Shown here in pieces: positions 30,637 through 40,900 of a stretch of DNA of 64,000 nt. Both the position numbers and the translations under genes were made by a program. The stretch lies in contig JBJDXJ010000026.1 in the NCBI GenBank assembly GCA_051866635.1, forward strand, positions 57,799-121,798, written 5' to 3'. The DNA comes from Clostridia bacterium. GTDB lineage: Bacteria; Bacillota; Clostridia; UMGS1883. The first letter of the stretch is position 1; each line of letters opens with the position of its first letter. The notes beneath the pieces are model-generated. The model was not told where the DNA came from. It made no database searches and was given only the letters and a program-made list of their open reading frames with translations.

Positions 30637-30659
30637 AGTTTACTCCTTTACGCTATCTT

Positions 30660-31229
30660 TTACCCGATAGGATTACCGTCTTTATCAAAAAGGGGCAATT
30701 TTTCAAGGAAAATGATATCATCACGCTCAGCGGCTTTACCTTCTGCCAAGACTGCCGCCTTACCCACAACAATACCGCCCGCTTTTTCAGCAAGCTCTGT
30801 CAATGCCAATAAAGACTCACCTGTGCTGATAACATCATCTACAATAAGTATCTTTTTTCCTTTCAATGCATCAAGTTCGTCCTGACCTATGCAAAGCGTC
30901 TGCTTGTGAGCTGTTGTAATAGAATCAACATCGGTTGTAATAATGTTTTTCATATACAGCTTAGGACCTTTTCTTGCGATTATATAATTATCTGCATTTA
31001 TCTGCCTTGCCATTTCATAAATAAGAGGAATACTCTTACATTCAGCAGTAAGCATAATATCAAAATCAGGTGCTTTTTCAAGCAATGCTTTTGCACTCGC
31101 CTTTGTAATTTCCACATCACCGAACATTATGAATGCACCGATATACAGGTTTTCATTTATCGGACAGAGAGGAAGCTCTCTATCTAACCCTGCAATATTC
31201 ATTTTATAACTTTTATCCACATTAACCAT
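30660..31229 (-). CDS. Type I phosphoribosyltransferase (adenine PRT-like)
   Basis: ILIVDDVISTGES PRPP-binding motif. Confidence 0.85.
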   Translation of the reverse strand: MVNVDKSYKMNIAGLDRELPLCPINENLYIGAFIMFGDVEITKASAKALLEKAPDFDIMLTAECKSIPLIYEMARQINADNYIIARKGPKLYMKNIITTDVDSITTAHKQTLCIGQDELDALKGKKILIVDDVISTGESLLALTELAEKAGGIVVGKAAVLAEGKAAERDDIIFLEKLPLFDKDGNPIG

Positions 31230-31297
31230 CCCTTTTCGTTTTATATAAATATTTTACACCAAATTATGAAATTTGCAAGTGGCAATTAAAGATTTAG

Positions 31298-31714
31298 TCA
31301 ACCCTTTTTTTGATAAATCCAATAGGTCAGCCAATAAACGAACACTAAAACACACAACATAAGTGCAAGAATTATAGCGATTTCGTCCTTCCCCATAATT
31401 TCAAACACAATAACCATAACAGCACTAATGCATGAATAAACGCCAAATGCCACACTTTTTGCCTTATGTAATATTGCAATATTTCTCTCATCAGTTTCTG
31501 CAATTTTCTGACGGCGTATTGTTTCTTCATCCTTTGTTATAAGGCGATATTTTCTTATTTTTGCAATGCCGATTACAAATAACACCAAACCGAAAGACGA
31601 GAAAAAGTCATTTGTAAACACATCTGTAAAACACATCCCTATCAGACAAACACCCACAATAACATAGCCGATAGCCATATAAAGTCTTAATTTTAATTTC
31701 TTTTCAAAATCCAC
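31298..31714 (-). CDS. Small 4-TM membrane protein (DERN motif, DUF2178-like)
   Basis: Hydrophobic helices flanking ETDERN; coupled to an XRE gene. Confidence 0.65.
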   Translation of the reverse strand: MDFEKKLKLRLYMAIGYVIVGVCLIGMCFTDVFTNDFFSSFGLVLFVIGIAKIRKYRLITKDEETIRRQKIAETDERNIAILHKAKSVAFGVYSCISAVMVIVFEIMGKDEIAIILALMLCVLVFVYWLTYWIYQKKG

Positions 31715-31716
31715 AA

Positions 31717-31914
31717 TTACTCCTCCTCAAAAATAAATAAATCCTCAATTTGTATGTCAAAATATTTTGACAGTTTAAAAGCAAGCTGTAAAGATGCGAT
31801 ATATTTCCCGTTTTCAAGGGAAATAATTGTTTGCCGTGTCACGTCTACCGCCCTTGCCAAATCATCCTGTGTCAGTTTTCGCTCTTTTCGGTATTCTTTT
31901 ATTCTATTTTCCAC
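31717..31914 (-). CDS. XRE-family HTH regulator
   Basis: LTQDDLARAVDVTRQTIISLENGKY; GTG start at 31914 after AAGGGGG. Confidence 0.92.
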   Translation of the reverse strand: MENRIKEYRKERKLTQDDLARAVDVTRQTIISLENGKYIASLQLAFKLSKYFDIQIEDLFIFEEE

Positions 31915-31936
31915 ATATATCCCCCTTGTGTTAATT

Positions 31937-32003
31937 TGTACAGTTAACTTTACATTTTTGATTATATCAACCTCAAATAAAAATGTCAAGCATATTTTAC
32001 ATT
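31937..32003 (-). promoter_or_regulatory. SigA promoter with two imperfect palindromic XRE operators
   Basis: TTGACA(31989)-N17-TATAAT; TGTAAAGTTAACTGTACA and AATGTAAAATATGCTTGACATT. Confidence 0.75.
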
Positions 32004-32019
32004 TTTATTCTGCATAATG

Positions 32020-32742
32020 TTATTGAGACTTTTTTCTTAAAATTATAGAGATAAAATTCAAATATTGTCCCCCGCCTGCTTCCATTGATTTTCTGTCATT
32101 TACGGCATATTCATTATCTTGTTTTAACCAATCCGCCCATACTTCATCATTGCTTTCCATTTCTTTTACCGAAATAACTTCGGCATTTTTGCATTTACCA
32201 ACCATTTTGCTCCAATATTTCACATCGTGCATATAATCAAGCTGTTCTTCATTCCAAGAAAGTAAAAGCTCTTTCGGCAAATTATCATGACAGTCTTTTT
32301 TCATGCCGGGGATAGCAATATAAATATATCCACCGTTTTTCACAAAAGGTAACAATTTATCATCAAGATAATTTTCGTCACGTCCAAAGTAGTTGTATGA
32401 ATCAGTGCTTACCACAGCATCAAAGAAGTTCTTTTCAAAGGGAAGCTGTGTTGCATCGGCTTTAACAGGTATAATTTCATTTTCTGTCAGACCCATTTCA
32501 GAAAAAAATCTGCGGTTTTCCTCAGGATCACTCCACAAATCTGCGGCATATACTCTAAACCCGTACTCCTTTGCAAGGAATACACTGGTCAGCCCTTGAC
32601 CGCTACCTAAATCACAAACAATTGCACCACTTTTAATATTGTGATTAATCAAAAGTTCTTCTTCTAATTTAACAGGATTAGGTCCCATAATTTTTGATTG
32701 CAATTGAGGCGTATTATACTTTATGCTTTTAATATATTCCAT
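32020..32742 (-). CDS. Class I SAM-dependent methyltransferase
   Basis: VCDLGSGQGLTS, DATQLPF..FDAV. Confidence 0.9.
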   Translation of the reverse strand: MEYIKSIKYNTPQLQSKIMGPNPVKLEEELLINHNIKSGAIVCDLGSGQGLTSVFLAKEYGFRVYAADLWSDPEENRRFFSEMGLTENEIIPVKADATQLPFEKNFFDAVVSTDSYNYFGRDENYLDDKLLPFVKNGGYIYIAIPGMKKDCHDNLPKELLLSWNEEQLDYMHDVKYWSKMVGKCKNAEVISVKEMESNDEVWADWLKQDNEYAVNDRKSMEAGGGQYLNFISIILRKKSQ

Positions 32743-32754
32743 TTTCCTTGCTCC

Positions 32755-33822
32755 TTATCTTCCGCGAAAACTTTTATTAATTTTCGCAATATTTTTAAAC
32801 TTTTGTTTCTTTTCTGCCAAAAACCCATCTTTATCGTCAGCATATCTGTTTTCTGTTTTAAGTTTATTATAAGACAGCCATCTTTCTTTTTGCAACTGAC
32901 CTTTTTCAATTGCTTCCCGAACGGCACAGCCCGGCTCGTTTGTGTGACTGCAATTATTAAAGCGACACATAGATGCCAAATCTTCTATATCCGAAAAGGA
33001 TTTGTCCAAACCATCATCTATATCCCACAAGCCAAGCTCTCTCATACCGGGGGTATCTATTAGCATTCCACCGTGTTTCAGTAAAAACAGCTCACGCCTT
33101 GTTGTTGTATGTCTGCCTTTATCGTCATTTCTTAAACCCTTTGTAGCCAATCTCTCCTCTTTAAGAAGACGGTTAATAAGCGTTGACTTTCCAACACCGG
33201 AAGAACCCACCAATGCCACCGTTTTTCCTTCTTTTATATAAGGGTTAAGTGCAGTTAATCCCTCTTCTGCCAAAGAAGATGTCACAATAACATCCACACC
33301 CACAGCAATTGAACGGACAGATTCGATAAACTGTTCCACATTTGAACATAAATCTGCTTTAGTTAAGACCACCACAGGGGTTGCACCGCTATTCCAAGCA
33401 ACAGACAGGTATCTTTCCAATCTTCTCAAATTGAAATCATTGTTTAATGACATGCAAATAAATACCGTATCAATATTGGCGGCAACCACTTGCTCCACAT
33501 TGCCCGTTCCTGCACCTTTGCGGATAAAAACACTTTTTCTTGGTAAAACATTGTGTATTATAGCAAAGCCTTCATCAGAATTACAATCTGATACTACAAA
33601 ATCTCCTACAGCAGGAAAATCTGACATACATTTGGCATTATACCGTAATTTACCTGAAACCTTTGCTGACTGTTCACCTTTTTCACATATTAAGCGGTAC
33701 ATATCTTTCTCCTGTGCCAATATTCGTCCTATTACATAATTATCATTGTATTTCTGCATTAATTCATCATATTGGTTAAGTAAACCGAATGAAGCCATAT
33801 TAATGTTATTCATTATTTTCAT
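32755..33822 (-). CDS. rsgA: Ribosome small-subunit-dependent GTPase A (RsgA family)
   Basis: AVGD, TKADL, GSSGVGKST, GRHTT, DTPG, CRFNNCSHTNEPGC. Confidence 0.92.
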   Translation of the reverse strand: MKIMNNINMASFGLLNQYDELMQKYNDNYVIGRILAQEKDMYRLICEKGEQSAKVSGKLRYNAKCMSDFPAVGDFVVSDCNSDEGFAIIHNVLPRKSVFIRKGAGTGNVEQVVAANIDTVFICMSLNNDFNLRRLERYLSVAWNSGATPVVVLTKADLCSNVEQFIESVRSIAVGVDVIVTSSLAEEGLTALNPYIKEGKTVALVGSSGVGKSTLINRLLKEERLATKGLRNDDKGRHTTTRRELFLLKHGGMLIDTPGMRELGLWDIDDGLDKSFSDIEDLASMCRFNNCSHTNEPGCAVREAIEKGQLQKERWLSYNKLKTENRYADDKDGFLAEKKQKFKNIAKINKSFRGR

Positions 33823-34447
33823 CCTTCCATAAGTTTTTTACGGCATTGTTCTTAATAAAACGGTCAATATGATTGTTAAGAATTTCAACAGCCTTTTCCT
33901 TATTCTGTGACCAATCAGACATGTTTACAAGTAAATACAGAGGAGCATAATACTCAACAGCAAGCTGTTTTGGGTCAGCTTCTTGTAAAATACCTTCTTC
34001 TATCATCTCACGAAATATATCTGCCATATAATTAACAGGTCCTGATGTAATGCAATTGCTGTATAGCTCTGCCATTTCACTGCTATGATACCGTTCCAAT
34101 GACAACATCTTTCTAAAATCAGATGCAAAGCTATCCTCATACCAGAATGAAAATTGTGCAATTGTAAAATTTCGGATATTATCCATAGATATGTTCTTAT
34201 AACCCTCAGGTTTATCTTCACACTTTTCTTCAGGCACTTCATATTGTCTTGCCCTTTCATTATCAACCTTATACATTCTCTCAACAATACTGTTAAAGAT
34301 ATCTCGTTTGTTTTTGTAATGCTTATATAAAGCTCCTTTTGTCATACCTAATTCACCTGCAATAGTACTTACGGAAACTGCCTCATATCCGTCTCGTGCA
34401 AATAAGCGAAGTGAGGTCATTAAAATATTTTCTTTTGTATCAGCCAT
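33806..34447 (-). CDS. TetR/AcrR family regulator
   Basis: LFARDGYEAVSVSTIAGELGMTKGALYKHY. Confidence 0.93.
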   Translation of the reverse strand: MADTKENILMTSLRLFARDGYEAVSVSTIAGELGMTKGALYKHYKNKRDIFNSIVERMYKVDNERARQYEVPEEKCEDKPEGYKNISMDNIRNFTIAQFSFWYEDSFASDFRKMLSLERYHSSEMAELYSNCITSGPVNYMADIFREMIEEGILQEADPKQLAVEYYAPLYLLVNMSDWSQNKEKAVEILNNHIDRFIKNNAVKNLWKDENNE

Positions 34448-34468
34448 GTTGTATCCCTCCACATTAGA

Positions 34469-34515
34469 AAACGCTCGTTCACCTCAATTATAGTGAACGA
34501 GCGTTTACTTGTCAA
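34469..34515 (-). promoter_or_regulatory. Consensus SigA promoter overlapped by a TetR-type operator
   Basis: TTGACA-N17-TATAAT; perfect 14-bp IR AAACGCTCGTTCAC/GTGAACGAGCGTTT around the -10. Confidence 0.85.
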
Positions 34516-34698
34516 TAGTTATATCAAAAAAGTGCAACAGACACCCAAAAAGATGTTTATTGCACTTCTTTTTTTCATTTTAAAATCAAATTTGCCTTAG
34601 TGAGTTTGTACCATACCTCTTCAATCTTCACTATTACTTATTACTTTCCAAAATCGACAACCCATTAGTGAATAGTGAATTGGTAATAGTGAATAAGT

Positions 34699-34734
34699 AA
34701 AATCGACAAGATTCTGTCGAACCTTGTCGATTTT
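34699..34734 (-). terminator. Hairpin immediately 3' of the tRNA fragment
   Basis: AAAATCGACAAG...CTTGTCGATTTT. Confidence 0.65.
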
Positions 34735-34782
34735 GGTGAGACACGGGGGAATCGAACCCCCGACAACTTGATTAAAAGTCAA
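34734..34782 (-). tRNA. 3' fragment of tRNA-Lys(UUU); prophage att core, not an intact tRNA
   Basis: Minus strand TTGACTTTTAATCAAGTTGTCGGGGGTTCGATTCCCCCGTGTCTCACCA gives anticodon arm, T arm and CCA; the D arm and 5' acceptor strand are absent. Confidence 0.88.
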
Positions 34783-34904
34783 TTTAAAATCCTTTAACAA
34801 AGCTGTATATCAAGGTCTTGACAGCTTTTTGACACCTTTAAAACTGTAATTATAAACCTTTCATTTTTCCACGCAGAAAAATTAAAAGTCTTCCGGGGTG
34901 TTTT

Positions 34905-37900
34905 TTATTCCTCCGTTTCTATCTGCCCAGCATATTTTTCTAAAATATACTGCTTGGCATATTTATGTGCATTATCACGAATCTTAGGAATTTGACCTAT
35001 TCGTGCCTCCTGTGAGTAGCCCTCCAAACTTTCAATGCCATCCCAATAATACATAAAGTACATGTTGTTAAACTCTTCATATTGTTCTTCGTTGAGTAGG
35101 TAAGTAACCTTATCCTGTGAAAAAGACTTACTTCTCTGTGACGGTAACACACCTTCCGGTTCTTTTTCGCAGGCAACAAATGTTTCTGCGAGTATCTGCT
35201 GTGCCTTTGTTGGGTTTTCCCAGTCCGGAATAATAAAACTATTGCTTGTTTTATCGCAGTATATCCAAAATGCCTCCACTGAACTCCGTCCCGTTTTTTC
35301 CCTATCCTGCTTCATTATTTCAAATGTATCCTCCGGGGTTGTATCGGTATCATTGCTATCGTAATACCAGCCTTCCGCCACCGCTTTTTCCTGTGCTGCC
35401 GCCTTTGCCTTGCTCTTTGCATTGGATATGAACTCAACCCACTCTTCGTTGTCAAAGCTTTCGCTGTCTTGAAGGTTCATATACTTGGGCATTATCTCTT
35501 TGAATAAAATCCTCTCGTATTCCGCCTGCAGCTTATCTTGCTGTTCCTCCGACAAATAATACTTCGTTGTAGTATTTCTGTGCCCATCTATTGAAAATTC
35601 ATCACTCATGCGGTCAATCAGAACATTTGTATCTCCCGTTGCAATAAACACCTGGGCTATCTTCTTTTCCGGGTTTTCCATTTTGTCAGGCACAGGGCAG
35701 TCGCGTTTACTCATTTTGTTCCAAAGGTAATATTTATCCTCAACGGTAAACTTTCCGTATTTGTCAATATCCTCTGTAACCCATTTATAAACGCTGTAAC
35801 CCTCGTCCTTCTTTTTATCGTCATACTCCGTCAGCATATCGTATACTTCTTCAGGCGAAAGGTCATATTCATCAACCACAGTTTTGAACACTTCACTGCT
35901 CTGTTTTGACAATTTTGGATAATTATTTTTGTGCCATTCCTGCACAGATGGTATTGCACTCTTACCGAACAAAAGGCCCAAAATCCAATCTTCCGCACTG
36001 CCGTCTACAGCATGCTGTACTTGCCCGTTTTTGTTTTCCTGGTACCCTTTTGTTAAATACATATATGCATTGACCATCTTTTTCGCCTGTGCTCCTGCAC
36101 CCAACGGATTAAATATCGTAATTCCATTCCATATCACCTCTCCCCAGTCGGGTTCATCTCCCCCGTGAAAAGCTTTTGCAATATTGCCGAAAAAGTTTGC
36201 CACAGCTCCAACACCGATTAATTCAGCCATATTACCGTTAACCGCTTTCACTATATTTGACACAATCGGTATTTCGTCCAATATGTCAAGCCATATTTCG
36301 CCTCCGGGCTTGCCGTCCTTAAAGCCTTCCACAGTATCTATAGTCATCTGCACCGGGTCGGTAAATACCGGATAGCCTTTTAACTTTTTGAACGCCTTGT
36401 TTACCCCATATGCAATAGCAAAATCAACCGCAAATCCGGCAAGGAATGCTATCAAAGCTCCTATAGCATTCTTTGCCTCATCATCGTCTCCGCTCATAAT
36501 AGCCTTTGTCATTCTGCCGATTTCACTTTTATAATACCGCACCTGGTTTACAGGCTCCAAGGTGTACTTGGTAATCACGCTTAAGGCATTTGATGAATAT
36601 ATAAGCGGTGTTTCACCGTATTCACGGCTTGCCGCCAGCTTACGAATTTCAATATCCGCCGCACTTATAGCGTCCTCCTCGCTCATTCCCTGGCTCATAT
36701 ACACGCCTGTCATCATCTGATGCACTCTTGTTATATAAACTTTGTCAATAACAGCCATCGGAACAAAGCCCGCATTTTGCACCGATGTCACAGCATTACT
36801 TAACCGGCTCTTGTCTTTAAGAACAACATCATCGTGAAATCTGTTTGTCAAAAAGGTTGATTTCGTAATATGTTCTTTTATGCTGTCATTTCTTCTCAAA
36901 GTGTATTGCAGATTGGCAATATCCTTTTCGTAAACGCTTTCTCTAATAACCCATCCTATCCCCTGGGCATAAACCGCAGCGTTTGTTATCGAAGTTCCTA
37001 AATTGTAAGAAATCTGGTTTTTGCTCACATTGTTCATAAGCAATCTGTTCAACTGTGCCGCTTTTCGTCCTACAAAATTTTCTTGAATGGTTCTGTCCAG
37101 CATATGCTGCTTGCCGGCAAGGGTGTTACCATATTGACGCAAGTAAGATGCGAAATTAGAAAGACAATATTTATCATTACCCTCAGCGTTAAATGTCTGC
37201 CGTAAATAATTCTCCAGTATTCTTACCTTCACAATATCACCGGAGTGATAAATATACCTTCCCATACTGTTAAAATATCTTTCCGCACCTGTCACAGCAT
37301 CAAACTCTGTACTGTTTCCAAGTCTTTCTTGCATAAAGGGCGACCACTGCTTCGTTGGTCTGAAGTTTTCCGTCATTCCGTTTATAGCCGTTGGCAACTT
37401 GTCAATGGTTTTATTAACATTCAAAAACGCCAATATGTTATCAAGAGTATCATTTTTTTCCATATGGGGGAAATAATCCATTTCTATAGTCCCCCTCAAA
37501 CTGTCGTACTTCTTGCCGCGCATTAAAAGGTTCCACGCCCACTGCTGCATTTCGGTAATCGACTTGGTTTCTGCGTTCTTTTCCCTCCAATCAATCCTCT
37601 TTTCAAAATCCTTACCGTAAGTGAAGTACGCATCTGCCGCACATTTTTGAATTTCGTTTGTTTCAAGCACTTTTTCACGTTCACTCCGGGAAAGGTTTCT
37701 TATGCTCTCTCCTTTATCTTTAAGCCACTTAACCTGTCTTTGCATATCGGAAATTATACCTTTAAGTTGTTTATTAACCTTAAAGGTAGGTGCTTTTATA
37801 TCTTCCTCACCACGTGCAAAGCGTACAGCGTTAATCTGCTGCAGTACCTCTTTGTAGCTGTCTCTCAAATAATTTGCAAGAGCGATTATTCTTGCCTTCT

Positions 37901-40900
37901 GCTCACTCTTAAACCCAGCCTTATCAAGGTCGTATTCGTTGAAAAAGCCTTCGCCTAATGCCTGTGCCGCCGCACTTTCCGCACTTCGTTTCCTAATGTC
38001 CAGTTCCTCAAGTTTTTCAAGATAGCCGTCCTTCCACTCGTTCATCACCCTTGTGTTTTCCTGTATGGGATAGTAGAAAATCTCGTTTATCTTTTCTGCC
38101 GCCCATATAAGCTCACGGCGTACCTCCACAGGAATATCACTTTTCATATTTTCCTTAATACTGTCAACCTTGCACATATAGTTAACTAATGCTTCAAAGG
38201 TGTCAATCTGCCCCTGCACAGGTATGGATATATCTCTCATATAAGAAGCATTTTTAAAAAGTATATCGCAAGCCTCGTTAAGTGCCGCTCTCTGCTCTGC
38301 TCTAAGCTGTTTATTGGTATAGTCAACTCTCTTGTAAAGCTCGCTAAGTTCCTTAATTCTTGCCCTGTCCTCAGCCTTTTTGTACTTAGTGTCAATTGTT
38401 GTTTCGTCAATACTCCCTTCTGCAAAGGCCCTTGCAGTTGCTTTCATACCTTGTGTCATTTCATGGACCCTTGCATATAGGTCAGCTTCCCTTGCGGCGT
38501 TTTCGCTTCTCTCAAGCCTTGCACGAAGGACCGCTTCCTCTGCCTTGTCCATTCTGCAAAAGTCGGTATATATACCTCTTTCGCTTCTTCGCCTGCCCTG
38601 CCTTATAAAATTTTCAACAAAATTCTTTTCAAGGGCGTCCTTTTCCTCCCTGAGCTTTCGCTTTTGTGTATAATCGTTATCGTCAAGGCTGTCAATCTCA
38701 CTTTCCAACTCACGGCGCTTGTTCATAAATTCCGCGTCCTGCACGGTTTTGCTCTCACCGTCTAAGCCGGGGATTTCTACATTCTCGCTTATACCTCTTT
38801 CCTGGGTATAATTTTCGAGGTCTACTGCATAATCCACAATGTCCCTGATCTCGCTCCTCGGCAATTTATCACGCATTTCTGCCTTTTTGTCACGTAGTGC
38901 AATCAGCTTGTCCTGAATTGTGTCCGCCTCCGGGAGCGTTATTCCATCAGCTTTCATGTTGTCATACAAAACATCAACCGGAAGTCCTTCCTTACCGCTC
39001 CACTTGCCAACTCCAAAGGTACGGCTCACATCTGCAGCGCTCATTCCCTGCCTTGCATAGTCCGAAACATAAACCTTACCAACATGTTTAATATAATCAA
39101 GGAATCCATCATCTTCCGTTCTTGCTTCATACATGGGGTTTTCATTCTTTTCTATGCTGTCAACCAGTTTTTCACGGCTCGCAGAAATTCTCTCACGGTC
39201 GCCCATAGCTTCACTTATGGAATAAACCTTAACAGCTTCCCTTGTCTTTTCTGAAAGCTTAGTATCAAGTGCCGCTTCCAGCCTCTTTACAACAGCCGTT
39301 TCAATCTCATACCCACGGTTTTCCAACTCCGCCCTTTGTTCAATCGTGGATGAGGAAGGAACAGAGTATTTTACATCTTCATTCTGCATAGAATGTGTAT
39401 TGACAATATCACTATCTTGTGATAAATTGTTGTATGAAGGTAGAGAAGCAAGAGGCGTTTCGGACGTAAAGCCTAAGGATGATATTTCATCATGGAGTGC
39501 TTGTGTAATACCTTCTTTATTTTTAGCTATAAAAGAAGTTTCCACCCAAAGCTTATTATATTTATTTTCCCCAGCGGCAACGACAGCATAATACGTGCCG
39601 TTTATTTTTTTTGTATATAAAAGCAACGGCGAAGGCTTATTGTTTTTATCTCCAAAATTTTTACTATATACAATTTTCCCGTTTTGATTTCTCAAAAAAT
39701 CAATACTATCAAACTCACGTAATATATAATCGACTCTTGCAGCATCCTCAGCCTTTGCCATGCTACTGTCATGTTCTCCATTCACTCCATGCCGTTTATT
39801 TATGTGTATTATTGCAGATGAATTTGTCGAATGTAGATATCCAGAAAAATCAATATTAAGCAAATTTTTTAAAGCTTCAATTTCTTTTTCACTAACCTTT
39901 CCAAAATTTACTCTTTCAAATTTAATTTCTCCGTTTTTGCGAAAATACTTTGTTTTTTCAAGTAGCAACGGATTTACCGCATCCAAATATTCTTTAATAA
40001 CAGTTTGCATATTGTACGGATATTCTTCTATCGGTTGTCCAAGCTCAATATTTGTACTGTCAACAGAATACCTAACCTTCACATCTGCCCCTGCGGCAGT
40101 TTTTTTATTGCCTTCGCTTATTCTGCCTTCCACCAAATCACGGTATGCTTTCGCCGCTTCCTTGTGGATTTCAATTGCGTTGTTCACAAACTCGTAGGCC
40201 TGCATCTCGGCATAATTTCTGTACTTACTCTTGCCTATTACGCTCCTTACCTTTACAATGAGCTTTCTCAACCCCTCGGCAAATGCCTTAACAGCAGTCT
40301 TTTTCTTTTCCGGCGAAAGGTCCGAATTTAAAATATCGTTTAAAATTCCCCTGCCGTATGCGTTCTTGTCAGACATATCCCCCATAATGTCTGCCGCATA
40401 TTCTTCCCAGAACAATTCATTGTCAAGGGTATAGTAATCGCTGTATCTTTCGCCGTATTTTTCCTTAAGGTAACTTATTCTTGCCTCGGCATTTTTGCCT
40501 TTAAAGCCTTTTTTTACTATATCAATTATGTTATTATAAGCCTCTTGATTTTCGTTTTTCAAAAGGTGCAGCATTTCATGTCCCACTGTTTTGGCAAGCG
40601 GATCCGTAGAATCGATATTTATATAAATATCATTTCCTATGGTTACTCCGTTTGGCGTTAAAATGCCCTCAGCGTTCGCTTCCGAAGCAGAGTACATATT
40701 AACGCGTACACCTTTATCGCTAAGCTTTTGTATCAGCTTGAGCTGACTTTCTTTCTTCCTAAGCTCCTTTATGCGGCTGTCGATTGCCTCGTTCCCGTCA
40801 TTTTCTACAGACTCAGCGGCAAGTTTTTCATTTTCTTTTATTTCATCTTTTATTTTATCAATAGCATCTAAAACTGTCAAGGGTTCAGCCGAAGGTATTT

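Noticed and set aside
34734-34810. Complete tRNA-Lys gene
   Set aside because: The sequence 5' of the anticodon arm forms no D arm or acceptor strand; only the 3' part is present
34868-34887. Possible fourth, opposite-strand copy of the late motif (TCCACGCAGAAAAATTAAAA)
   Set aside because: Only CACGCAG-AAA matches and no -10 hexamer follows at the right spacing; may be chance
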